Below are positions 20,511 to 28,783 of a DNA stretch of 64,000 bases, one piece after another. Source of the stretch: an uncultured Lachnospiraceae bacterium (GTDB taxonomy: Bacteria; Bacillota; Clostridia; Oscillospirales; CAG-272); the NCBI GenBank assembly GCA_964416635.1, contig CAYQEY010000001.1, forward strand, positions 12,871 through 76,870, in the 5' to 3' direction. Below the pieces are notes generated by a model. The model searched no databases, was not told the DNA's origin, and was given only the letters and a program-made list of their open reading frames with translations. Position numbers and translations under genes: made by a program. Every line of letters begins with the position of its first letter. Position 1 is the stretch's first letter.

Positions 20511-21331
20511 ACTATGATCTCCTCCTCATTGTCCGAAAATTTATTCATTATCGCAAGGGATATGAGAATAAGTATCATCATTACAAGCGAGATCGCCGCT
20601 CCGGTGTGGTATGTGATCTGATTCTGAAACTGACGCTCGATAGTATCTCCGAGAAGGTCAAACGATCCGCCGCCGAGCTTCTGCGAGATGTAGAAGGTGC
20701 TGATCGAAGGAACGAATACCATAGTAACTCCCGAGACGATCCCGGGGGTCGTAAGTGGAAGTATGACCTTGAATATCGTTTGAATACTGTTGCATCCGAG
20801 ATCTGCCGAAGCCTCAAGATATCTGCGGTCGATCTTTATAAGCGCCGTATATATCGGAAGCACCATATACGGTAAAAAGTCGTAGATCATTCCCAGAATG
20901 ACCGCCGCGTCTGTTCCGATAAAGGTCAGCTTTGAGAAACCGAGGCTTGTCAGAAAGCTGCTTACAAGTCCGCCGTTGTCAAGGAGCGCCATAAGAGAGT
21001 AGGTACGTATAAGAAGGCTTATCCACATTGGGAGCATGAGCAGGACCATAAGGATATTGCGTGTTCTCGCGGATGTACGCGACATACAGTAAGCGAGAGG
21101 ATATCCGATAAGCAGGCATACGGTCGTCGCGATCAAAGAAAATCCGAGCGACATCACGAATGTTTCGGAGTAAGAAGAGAGCGAGAGGATATTGTTAAAG
21201 GTGAAACCTCCTTCTCTGTCGGTAAAGGCGAAGTATGCCACAAAAAGCAGGGGAGCGATGATAAATATTGCCGACCATATAATGTACGGCGATGATGCCG
21301 CGCGCTCAAACCACGAACGTTTATTCTTCAT
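20507..21331 (-). CDS. potB: Spermidine/putrescine ABC transporter permease
   Basis: EAA loop LEASADLGCNSIQTIFKVILP. Start taken at MKNKRSW (21331), a 1-nt TAATG overlap with the potA stop. Confidence 0.85.
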   Translation of the reverse strand: MKNKRSWFERAASSPYIIWSAIFIIAPLLFVAYFAFTDREGGFTFNNILSLSSYSETFVMSLGFSLIATTVCLLIGYPLAYCMSRTSARTRNILMVLLMLPMWISLLIRTYSLMALLDNGGLVSSFLTSLGFSKLTFIGTDAAVILGMIYDFLPYMVLPIYTALIKIDRRYLEASADLGCNSIQTIFKVILPLTTPGIVSGVTMVFVPSISTFYISQKLGGGSFDLLGDTIERQFQNQITYHTGAAISLVMMILILISLAIMNKFSDNEEEIIV

Positions 21332-22452
21332 TATTCTTCCTCCTCGGGAACGATATCCGAAAGATGATCCATCTCGTCGGAGAAGGTCGAATAATCTCCA
21401 AACATATCGGAGTATTCGGATTTTTTCATTATATGTATGGCATCGGGCTCTATATAAACACCGATAAGTGCCTCGGGAGCTACGTAGTCGGTGGACTGTA
21501 TCATCCACTTAAAGCCTTTGATGTCCACGATTATCTCATAGTGAACGCCCTTGAATGTTACGGAGGTAACCTTTCCTGTGAGCATACCTGCTTCAACCGG
21601 TACAACGTCCACGTCCTCGGGACGTACTACAACGTCGACCTGCTCGTTTGGCGCAAATCCGCCGTCAAGACATTCAAAGGTGTGACCCGCAAATTTTACG
21701 GAATAGTCCTTGAGCATAACGCCGTCGAGTATATTGGATTCTCCGATAAAGTCTGCAACGAAGGCGTTGACGGGCTCGTTATATATATCTGTAGGCGTAC
21801 CGATCTGCTGGATCTTACCGTCAGCCATAACGACCACGACATCGGACATTGAGAGCGCTTCCTCTTGATCGTGCGTTACGTATATGAACGTGATACCGGT
21901 TTTCGCCTGAATGTTTTTCAACTCGACCTGCATATCTTTGCGAAGCTTGAGGTCAAGTGCGCCGAGAGGCTCGTCCAAAAGAAGCACCTTCGGCTTGTTT
22001 ATCAGCGCGCGTGCAATAGCGACTCGCTGTTGTTGTCCGCCCGAGAGAAGAGAAACGTTACGCTTTTCAAAGCCTCGAAGATTTACGAGTGCAAGCATTT
22101 CCGACACTCTTTCGCGTATTTCATCCTCTTTTACCTTTGCTATACGCAAACCGAACGCGATGTTGTCGTAAACGTTGAGGTGAGGAAAGAGAGCGTATTT
22201 TTGGAATACGGTGTTGACGTTGCGCTTGTGAGGAGGGACGTCGTTGATCCTGACGCCGTCAAAACAAACGTCGCCCGTGTCAGGCGTTTCAAATCCGCCG
22301 ATGATACGGAGCGTAGTGGTTTTTCCGCAGCCCGAAGGGCCGAGCAGGGTGATAAACTCCTTGTCGCGAATGTAAAGGCTCACGTCAGAGAGGACGGTTT
22401 CACCGTCAAAAGACTTCGAAATGTTTTTTAATTCTACCAGTTTCGTGCTCAT
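21331..22452 (-). CDS. potA: Spermidine/putrescine ABC transporter ATPase
   Basis: [32 protein letters not shown]-terminal TOBE-like domain. Confidence 0.9.
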   Translation of the reverse strand: MSTKLVELKNISKSFDGETVLSDVSLYIRDKEFITLLGPSGCGKTTTLRIIGGFETPDTGDVCFDGVRINDVPPHKRNVNTVFQKYALFPHLNVYDNIAFGLRIAKVKEDEIRERVSEMLALVNLRGFEKRNVSLLSGGQQQRVAIARALINKPKVLLLDEPLGALDLKLRKDMQVELKNIQAKTGITFIYVTHDQEEALSMSDVVVVMADGKIQQIGTPTDIYNEPVNAFVADFIGESNILDGVMLKDYSVKFAGHTFECLDGGFAPNEQVDVVVRPEDVDVVPVEAGMLTGKVTSVTFKGVHYEIIVDIKGFKWMIQSTDYVAPEALIGVYIEPDAIHIMKKSEYSDMFGDYSTFSDEMDHLSDIVPEEEE

Positions 22453-22547
22453 TCCACATAAAAACTCCTTGAAAAATATTTGTGTGGAGGGGGGTTAAGG
22501 CTCGTCCAAAAACATAAAAAATCCGCGCCCCGAATCCATATGCGAAT

Positions 22548-22576
22548 ATTGTAACAGATATTACTGTAAAATGCAA
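22548..22576 (-). promoter_or_regulatory. Promoter of potABCD
   Basis: On the minus strand: TTGCAT (22576-22571), 17-nt spacer, cTGtTACAAT (TACAAT at 22553-22548). Confidence 0.55.
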
Positions 22577-22584
22577 TAGATTTT

Positions 22585-22647
22585 CCAAAAAAAATTCAAA
22601 AAATCGTGATTATTTTTGAATAATCGGCAAAAACAGTGAAATTTCAC
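22585..22647 (-). terminator. Two AT-rich hairpins with T-runs downstream of the M50 gene
   Basis: GTGAAATTTCAC (22636-22647) is followed on the minus strand by TGTTTTTG. GATTATT (22608-22614) pairs with AATAATC (22619-22625) and is followed on the minus strand by ACGATTTTTTGAATTTTTTTT. Confidence 0.4.
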
Positions 22648-22719
22648 GAAAAATTTCTAAAAATCTTCGGTTTCCTTGTAGATTCTCCGATATTCTTTGA
22701 TATCCTCTTAGATATCCTC

Positions 22720-23319
22720 TTAAATTTTGCCGTCGCTTTTGAGAAATATTTTGCAGAAAACCGATGCTGAAAAAACGAAAAGCGAAAGCGACGCTCCGAG
22801 ACGTAAAATGAGGTATACCGAGAGCGTCCAAAGTGCAAAAACGAAAACAAACGAACTGACTCTAAGCGTGAGCTCTGCCGTTTTGAGCGAACCCTTTGCG
22901 GCAATCAGACAGAAGAGTATCCTTCCTCCGTCAAAATCCGATATCGGCAAAAGATTCAGTATTCCGAGAAAGAGCGAGCTTGCAAAGAACATAGAGCCAA
23001 ACTCGGAAAGGTCGGAAAGCCGCGGCAGAAAAGCCGAAACGCACATAAAGTTTACGGCAGGACCTGCGGCGGCGATGAACAACTCTTTTTTATATGAGGA
23101 TATTTGAGTGCGCGTGGATAACGATGCACCGAATATACCGAAATTCAGATCTGTAAGTGGGGTATTGCATATGCGTGCAGCACCTATATGCCCGAGTTCG
23201 TGAAGTGCCGCTGCAAGAAGCGCCGCAAGCGACAGATAAGAATGATCGAGCGTAAGCGCGACGAGCATAAGCAGGGCGAAAAAGGATACTCTGACTTTGT
23301 TTTTTTGCATTTTTCTCAT
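22720..23319 (-). CDS. M50 site-2 metalloprotease (SpoIVFB-like, no CBS domain)
   Basis: HELGH zinc motif in a TM helix and the NLLPISDFDGGRIL second motif. 199 aa. Confidence 0.75.
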   Translation of the reverse strand: MRKMQKNKVRVSFFALLMLVALTLDHSYLSLAALLAAALHELGHIGAARICNTPLTDLNFGIFGASLSTRTQISSYKKELFIAAAGPAVNFMCVSAFLPRLSDLSEFGSMFFASSLFLGILNLLPISDFDGGRILFCLIAAKGSLKTAELTLRVSSFVFVFALWTLSVYLILRLGASLSLFVFSASVFCKIFLKSDGKI

Positions 23320-23413
23320 AAGCGCCTCCGAACTTCAGGTCATAAATCATATGCTTCAAAGCTCGTAAAAATAACATCTTGGAATCATTTTTCTACCACT
23401 TGATCCAAAAGTA

Positions 23414-23442
23414 TTTACAAATCCTATCAAAGATGTTAAAAT
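23414..23442 (+). promoter_or_regulatory. Putative promoter of the LytTR operon
   Basis: TTTACA (23414-23419), 17-nt spacer, TAAAAT (23437-23442). Confidence 0.4.
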
Positions 23443-23453
23443 AATTACGTCAG

Positions 23454-23933
23454 ATGAAGGGAGATGAGCTCGTGAAGATACGGATTGAAATATCCGATTG
23501 CGAAGAGGAAGAGATAGTGATCCGGTGCTCTGAAAAAACTGCATATATCGACGGCATAGAAGCGCAGATAAAAAAGCTTGTCGGGACGTCGGACGGGCGC
23601 GAAATGGTGCTCTATTCCTCGGGAGCGGAGTATTACATTCCGTTTGGAGAGATACTTTACTTTGAAAGCAGTGACGGCAAGGTCTATGCTCACACGAGGA
23701 GGTCTATATATACCGCAGACCAAAAGCTATTTGAGCTTGAGCAGTCACTTCCGCCAAATTTCATTCGCGTCGCAAAATCAACTATTGCGAATATCGACCT
23801 TATCGTTTCTTTGCGCCGCGAGGTGGTAGGAAATGGGGAGATATATTTCAAGAGCAGTGAGAAAAAAACATATTTTTCACGTAGCTATTACAAAAGTTTA
23901 AGGGAAAAAATTCAGGAAATGAGGTTAGGATAA
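23454..23933 (+). CDS. LytTR-domain DNA-binding regulator (no receiver domain)
   Basis: C-terminal LytTR-like region YYIPFGEILYFESSDGKVYAHT...FIRVAKSTIANIDLI. The start could instead be GTG at 23472, after GGGAG. Confidence 0.75.
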   Translation: MKGDELVKIRIEISDCEEEEIVIRCSEKTAYIDGIEAQIKKLVGTSDGREMVLYSSGAEYYIPFGEILYFESSDGKVYAHTRRSIYTADQKLFELEQSLPPNFIRVAKSTIANIDLIVSLRREVVGNGEIYFKSSEKKTYFSRSYYKSLREKIQEMRLG

Positions 23934-24631
23934 TGAAAACTTGGAAGATATTTTGGGGACTCGGACTTATATTGGTTGCAGTTCTGCTTTTACTTAATTC
24001 GTTTGGTGTGGTTACTCCCATGCTTGAAGTCGTAGGCGGTATTTCAATAATGCAAATGGTGTGCGGACTTTTCCTGCTCGCATTTATCATATCAAGAGTC
24101 ATAAAGCTTAAATTTACCTATATATTGCTTCCGATCTCACTGTTGTTTATGGTGTTTGAGAGAAATATTGCCGTGCTCTTGAAAAGCGAGAGCGAAAATC
24201 TTATAAACAACTGGTTGCTTTTCGGTTGTGCACTTCTTATCTCAATAGGTATCGCAATAATCTTCCCAAAGGGAAAAAAGTTTCATGCAAATAAAAAAAT
24301 AAGCGGCGAAAAGGTCAATGGCAACAATATAGGCTCAGGAGTGCTCTATATAGATTGCCGGGATTTTGTGGAAAGAAAAGTTTGGAATCGTATGGGCGAA
24401 TTCACCGTTCACTTTGAAAATACAGATCAGTTCACGAGCGGTGCAATTCTTAGCCTCCACAATAAGCTCGGCGAGATAACCGTCTATGTCCCCTCAAATT
24501 GGAATGTCAGAGAAGATATAGATAACAATTTGGGTGCCGTTTCTTATTCGGGTAACGGAGACGTAAACGGTCCTACACTCGTAATTACGGGCGATAACGC
24601 TCTTGGAGAGATATCCATAAAGTATGTATAA
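23933..24631 (+). CDS. Membrane protein with a LiaF/DUF2154-like C-terminal domain
   Basis: Four or five N-terminal TM helices, then a beta-rich C-terminus (LGEITVYVPSNWNVREDIDNNLGAVSYSG...LGEISIKYV). TAATG 1-nt overlap with the LytTR gene. Confidence 0.5.
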   Translation: MKTWKIFWGLGLILVAVLLLLNSFGVVTPMLEVVGGISIMQMVCGLFLLAFIISRVIKLKFTYILLPISLLFMVFERNIAVLLKSESENLINNWLLFGCALLISIGIAIIFPKGKKFHANKKISGEKVNGNNIGSGVLYIDCRDFVERKVWNRMGEFTVHFENTDQFTSGAILSLHNKLGEITVYVPSNWNVREDIDNNLGAVSYSGNGDVNGPTLVITGDNALGEISIKYV

Positions 24632-24816
24632 ATCAGTTTGTTTTTGATCTTTCGTTGACTTTCTTTCGGAGAGCAACTCTGCTTCGCTCTGTCTCGGGTT
24701 TTTAAGGCGAGACAGAAAAAGTGATAGTTCCCAATAACGTGATGTGAAGAATTTTTATGACATCAGGGTTGCTTTAATCGTATAAAGTCTGAAAATCAGT
24801 GTTTTTATAATGAAGA

Positions 24817-24850
24817 GGCTGTCTCAAGTCTGAGGCAGCCCCATTTTTAT
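24817..24850. terminator. Hairpin terminator in the convergent spacer
   Basis: GGCTGTCTC (24817-24825) pairs with GAGGCAGCC (24832-24840) with one G-U pair, followed by CCATTTTTATATTT. Confidence 0.6.
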
Positions 24851-24852
24851 AT

Positions 24853-26508
24853 TTATTTTAAGTTTTTCTCGATCTCTGAGATCATCTTGGCGCGAAGGTC
24901 CTCAAGGAAACAGTTACCGTCCGGATAATCGTCAAAGCGAAGCTCTCTGCCTGCCGCCTCGTCGATCATGGCGACGACAGCTTCGCGTCCTATAAACGAC
25001 TCGAGGGCACGGCAGATATTTATATCCTGAATGGCCTCGTAGGTTATCTCACCGCGAATTGAAGGATAAGCGGTCTCTTTTCCGGGGTATACGATAAATC
25101 CGTCGCCCGAGGGGAAGGCTCCGTCTGATGAGGTAGTTACGTAAGGATTGATGTTATACAGGGATATTTGCGAGTTATAAAAATTGAATCCCCAATGCAA
25201 AAAACCCTTGATATCGTACTTATATATCTGAAATCCGAGGATTTGCGTTCTGCAGGAGGGCATTGCGATAAAGGAATTGGTGAAGGTTCTTTCGGGACCG
25301 CAGCAATAGTATACCCACTGCTCCTTGATGTCGTGCTTGAGAAATTCATGAATGTGTGCCACCGATGTAACGGGACATTCAACAAGCCCTTGCTCGCAGA
25401 ACTCGTAATGTGAAAGGGCGTCGAAGGTCTTGGCGTTTCCTATAAGAGGCTTTATAATGTCTCTTGCGATCCTGTATTTATCGATGTTATCCATATTTGG
25501 CTCGTCCGAAACGTGGAAATAAGCGTTGTCTGCAATTCCTTCGCGCGTCATTTCTTCGAATATTGCCTTGATGTACTGCTTAAGGAATGATCTGTATTCC
25601 TCGGAATCAGCCGCAACGTGCCAACCGAACATATACTCGGTCTTTCCGTTTTCGGATACCATTATGTTGGGAGCAAATTTGGAGCCCCACTGAGAGAAGA
25701 GGTGAGCTATCTCGTAATATTTAACGCCGTGCTTCTTACAAATATTGATAAATCTTTCAAATTTATCGAAATTGAATTCGTAGGTGTCGCCCTTCTTTTC
25801 GACATCAACAAGCTGAACGCACGGGCGCGTAGTTCCGACAGCCGTGTCCAGCGGAGGAGTGTGCGTGGGCACAAGGATCATATTTATTCCGACATCGGTT
25901 GCCGCCTTGATGTATTCATCTATGAGCTTCCAATGGCGTTCTGAGAATATCTCTGCACCGTGAATGTCTGCTATGCAGTCCGCGTAGAACCATCTCGTGT
26001 AGATAAGTTTCTGTTCGGGCATAAGAAACGGGAGGACCTTAACTTCCATCACGGAAGTCTCGTAAGGTGCCGCTCCTTCCTCAAAGCCGGTCTCAATATT
26101 GATCTTAATGCTGTAATTTGCCGGAGTAAGGTTTGCGGGAACATCAAGCTTTACCCATATTACAACATTACCGCCCTGAAGCGATACGTAATTATTTTGT
26201 TTTTCGATGGGAACGAGAATATCGGGAAGCAGTCCGGGCTCTGTGAGAAGATAATTTTCGTCTGCTACCGACTCTCTTGACGGCAGGTCTACTACCACAT
26301 CTCTTACCTGATAAAGTCTGATAAAGTCCGACAGCTCGCTCTCTACCCAAACTCTTTTCTGCGTCCGGATATCTTTCGTATTTATCGCTACCTGATACGA
26401 AAGGCGCTGTCCCTGCAGGACTGTACAGCTTTTGACATCTTTGCAATGCAGTTCTTCGTGTGTGCGAACCTTTTCAAGTGCAGATATCTGTTTGATTTGA
26501 AGTGACAT
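24853..26508 (-). CDS. DUF4091-type putative glycoside hydrolase
   Basis: 551-aa soluble protein whose overall sequence resembles DUF4091/GH123-like proteins (recalled, not searched). Confidence 0.5.
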   Translation of the reverse strand: MSLQIKQISALEKVRTHEELHCKDVKSCTVLQGQRLSYQVAINTKDIRTQKRVWVESELSDFIRLYQVRDVVVDLPSRESVADENYLLTEPGLLPDILVPIEKQNNYVSLQGGNVVIWVKLDVPANLTPANYSIKINIETGFEEGAAPYETSVMEVKVLPFLMPEQKLIYTRWFYADCIADIHGAEIFSERHWKLIDEYIKAATDVGINMILVPTHTPPLDTAVGTTRPCVQLVDVEKKGDTYEFNFDKFERFINICKKHGVKYYEIAHLFSQWGSKFAPNIMVSENGKTEYMFGWHVAADSEEYRSFLKQYIKAIFEEMTREGIADNAYFHVSDEPNMDNIDKYRIARDIIKPLIGNAKTFDALSHYEFCEQGLVECPVTSVAHIHEFLKHDIKEQWVYYCCGPERTFTNSFIAMPSCRTQILGFQIYKYDIKGFLHWGFNFYNSQISLYNINPYVTTSSDGAFPSGDGFIVYPGKETAYPSIRGEITYEAIQDINICRALESFIGREAVVAMIDEAAGRELRFDDYPDGNCFLEDLRAKMISEIEKNLK

Positions 26509-26639
26509 ACTCTTTCTCCTTGTTATTTATTTTGTAATTTAGACACCGCACTCTGTGTGCGATGCCGACTTAAACGTTGTTTATTTGGGAATTTCTGCAG
26601 GAACGGAGGTCCTTTAGAAGACAAAACGTGGGAAATATA

Positions 26640-27182
26640 TCAGTATACTTTTTTGATGAATATTGTGGGATTCGCCTGCCTGAGCATTGCGAGTGAGCGC
26701 TCGTCAGCCTCAAAGAACACAAGGTTTCTCGGCTCGTCCTTACCGCCAGTAACGAGTATCCATAGGTTTTCCGCATTTTTTGAGGATACCGCGTAATAGG
26801 TGTTTTTAGGTTCAAAATGCTTTGCCTTGTTTACATATTCTTCGGTAGCGGGTGCGATAAGTAAAAATTCCTTTATATCGGCACTCAGCAGATTTTTTCT
26901 TTTTTTCTTTGCATATATCTTTGCAAGTTCGAAGTTTCCGTACCATATTGAGTACTCGTACTCAACGTCGAAATATTTCCAGCTTATCAGTATGAGGATT
27001 ATGGTGCAAAGTATTCCGGCGACTGTTACGGGGACGAAAATGTCTCTGTTTTTCATGGCGAATATCAGCCACACGGAAAAAAACAGAGCATAACCTATAA
27101 CGGCGAGAACTCTTTTCAGGCGAACGATGCCCTCGTCGGACACCTTAACTATCTTATCGTATGTTTGTGTATTACCGTTCAT
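26640..27182 (-). CDS. Hypothetical two-TM membrane protein
   Basis: 180 aa with two adjacent hydrophobic helices (VLAVIGYALFFSVWLIFA, VTVAGILCTIILILISW). No motif recognised. Confidence 0.45.
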   Translation of the reverse strand: MNGNTQTYDKIVKVSDEGIVRLKRVLAVIGYALFFSVWLIFAMKNRDIFVPVTVAGILCTIILILISWKYFDVEYEYSIWYGNFELAKIYAKKKRKNLLSADIKEFLLIAPATEEYVNKAKHFEPKNTYYAVSSKNAENLWILVTGGKDEPRNLVFFEADERSLAMLRQANPTIFIKKVY

Positions 27183-27299
27183 AATTACCTCATGAAAAAT
27201 ACGGTCATAAGACCCGAGAATCCGGAATTATTATATCATATCAAATCTATTTTCGCAAGAGATTTTAAAATTATTTGTGCAAAATCTTAAAAATAGCTC

Positions 27300-27328
27300 T
27301 TGACATATTTTTGAATATGGTGTATCAT
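27300..27328 (+). promoter_or_regulatory. Promoter of the DUF1836 gene
   Basis: TTGACA (27300-27305), 17-nt spacer, TATCAT (27323-27328) preceded by TG. Confidence 0.55.
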
Positions 27329-27365
27329 AGTATCGTGAACAAAATTTTGCAAAACGGAGCTTTAT

Positions 27366-28049
27366 ATGGACAACAAAGAACTTTTTGATATAGTGCAGGA
27401 TGCTCTTAACGATTCGGAGCTTAAAAGCGGAGATATCCCGAATATCGACCTCTACGTGGACCAGATAATAAACCTCATTGCCGAAAAGTTGGCAGAGGGG
27501 TCAGAGAGATACCGTGAAAGACATCTCACAAAAACCATGATAAACAACTATTCCAAGGATGGAATTATAACCCCCGTCAAAGGAAAGAAATACAATAAAG
27601 AACAGATTTTGCAGATGCTCACTGTCTACACTCTCAAGGGAACGCTGTCGATAGGAGAAATAAAGCGTCTTTTACAGGGTGCGTATTCGGTTGAAGGATT
27701 TGACGGAGAGGCGTTGAAGGAGCTTTACGACAAGCATCTCGATATAAAGGACGTGAACAGAGAGTACGCCGTAAATGCACTCGACGGAATAGTCGAGCGC
27801 AACGGTTTTGACATAAATAACGACGTCGATTATATCAGCACTGTCTGCGCACTTGTTTCACTCAGTGCACAGCTCAGAAACATAGCGCAAGCCATGATAG
27901 ATGCAAAATTCCCGGAGCCGGAGGAGCCCGAGGAAGAGGATAAGGACGGCGAAAAGGCGGAACGCAAAGAAGAAAAGAAGGCAGAGAAGGCAGAGCGCAG
28001 GGAAGAAAAGAAGCAGAGAAAAGACGAAAGGAAGTCTAAAGAAGAATAA
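27366..28049 (+). CDS. DUF1836-family protein with a K/E-rich tail
   Basis: DLYVDQIINLI...HLTKTMINNYSKDGIITPVKGKKYNKEQILQML resembles DUF1836. The last ~45 aa are low-complexity E/K. Confidence 0.6.
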   Translation: MDNKELFDIVQDALNDSELKSGDIPNIDLYVDQIINLIAEKLAEGSERYRERHLTKTMINNYSKDGIITPVKGKKYNKEQILQMLTVYTLKGTLSIGEIKRLLQGAYSVEGFDGEALKELYDKHLDIKDVNREYAVNALDGIVERNGFDINNDVDYISTVCALVSLSAQLRNIAQAMIDAKFPEPEEPEEEDKDGEKAERKEEKKAEKAERREEKKQRKDERKSKEE

Positions 28050-28095
28050 AAAAATGATACGGTTTACGCTCCTTCTCATAAGAAAGTTATAATCC

Positions 28096-28120
28096 CGTAG
28101 GGCGGGGCTTACTCCCGCCG
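28096..28120 (+). repeat. REP-like hairpin element, copy A
   Basis: CGTAGGGCGGGGCTTACTCCCGCCG. Differs from copy B by one missing G and one G-to-A change. Internal GGCGGG/CCCGCC stem. Confidence 0.8.
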
Positions 28121-28131
28121 CCATACAAATT

Positions 28132-28167
28132 TCGGCAGAGATATTGTTTTCTCTGCCGATTTGTGTT
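28132..28167 (+). terminator. Terminator after the DUF1836 gene
   Basis: TCGGCAGAGA (28132-28141) pairs with TCTCTGCCGA (28150-28159), followed by TTTGTGTT. Confidence 0.75.
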
Positions 28168-28313
28168 ATAATGGGGTGGGTGATGAAAATGGATGAGAAA
28201 AACAAATTACCGAAACGAAAACATCCTCGTCTTGACAATTATGATTACAGCTCCGCAGGCGCATATTTTGTAACGATTTGCACACAAAACAGACGGTGTG
28301 TGCTATCTCGCAT

Positions 28314-28339
28314 CGTAGGGCGGGGGCTTGCTCCCGCCG
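28314..28339 (+). repeat. REP-like hairpin element, copy B (inside the RAYT coding sequence)
   Basis: CGTAGGGCGGGGGCTTGCTCCCGCCG. Encodes VGRGLAPA. Confidence 0.85.
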
Positions 28340-28486
28340 AAACAACAGGGGTAAAATACACCTCATTCTGAGAGATTGCAGAGAAACAATTATTCTTGCT
28401 GGAAGACCGATATCCCTATCTTGCGGTTGATCGATACGTAATCATGCCAAACCATATACACGCAATTGTAATTTTGAACGGAGAGG

Positions 28487-28512
28487 CGGCGGGAGCAAGC
28501 CCCCGCCCTACG
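28487..28512 (-). repeat. REP-like hairpin element, copy C (inverted, inside the RAYT coding sequence)
   Basis: CGGCGGGAGCAAGCCCCCGCCCTACG is the exact reverse complement of copy B (26/26), 147 bp away. Encodes AGASPRPT. Confidence 0.85.
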
Positions 28513-28783
28513 GTCACGGATATCGTTTGCACATATAAATCGTTAACAACAAGAGAATGTAAAAAGAACGGATTTGACGGAAAATTGTTTCAGACCTCAT
28601 TTTATGAGCATATAATTCGAGGTCGAGAAGATTACGAGGAAATCGCAAAATATATTTACGAAAACCCTATCCGTTGGTACTACGACGAATTATACACCGA
28701 AGAATAGGGGTATGGGCTTTGCCCGATGCCTTTTGTAATACAAAGGCGAAACTTGCGATAAAATAGAAATATGAGGTGTAGAG

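Larger units (their letters stand above)
28183..28707 (+). pseudogene. RAYT-like / IS200-family HUH (Y1) transposase interrupted by an in-frame TGA
   Basis: ORFs 28144-28371 and 28396-28707 are in the same frame, split only by TGA at 28369-28371. The joined product has KRKHPRLDNYDYSSAGAYFVTICTQNR, HUH motif MPNHIHAIV and FYEHIIRGREDYEEIAKYIYENP. Confidence 0.75.

Noticed and set aside
22689-22722. Tandem GATATCCTCTTA units as a CRISPR array or minisatellite.
   Set aside because: There are only 2.5 contiguous copies of 12 nt with no spacers. That is too short for either.
27900-28049. Repetitive GAA/AAG-rich DNA at the 3' end of the DUF1836 gene as a repeat element.
   Set aside because: It is in frame and encodes a low-complexity E/K tail. 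It has no discrete repeat unit or flanking structure.
28369-28371. In-frame TGA in the RAYT gene read as a sign of an alternative genetic code (TGA as Trp or Gly) or selenocysteine.
   Set aside because: TGA is used as a genuine stop elsewhere in the window (glgD 10086-10088, the ABC ATPase 36145-36147, purA 61644-61646). I see no SECIS-like hairpin immediately downstream. A point nonsense mutation, for example from GGA, is the simplest reading.
28314-28512. The idea that the 26-bp inverted repeats flank an invertible coding cassette (a phase switch) within the RAYT gene.
   Set aside because: I translated the inverted orientation in the frame it would adopt. It gives VGRGLAPAASPFKITIACIWFGMITYRSTAR and then TAG, so it is closed as well. 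Inversion would not restore an ORF, and no recombinase of the invertase type is nearby.
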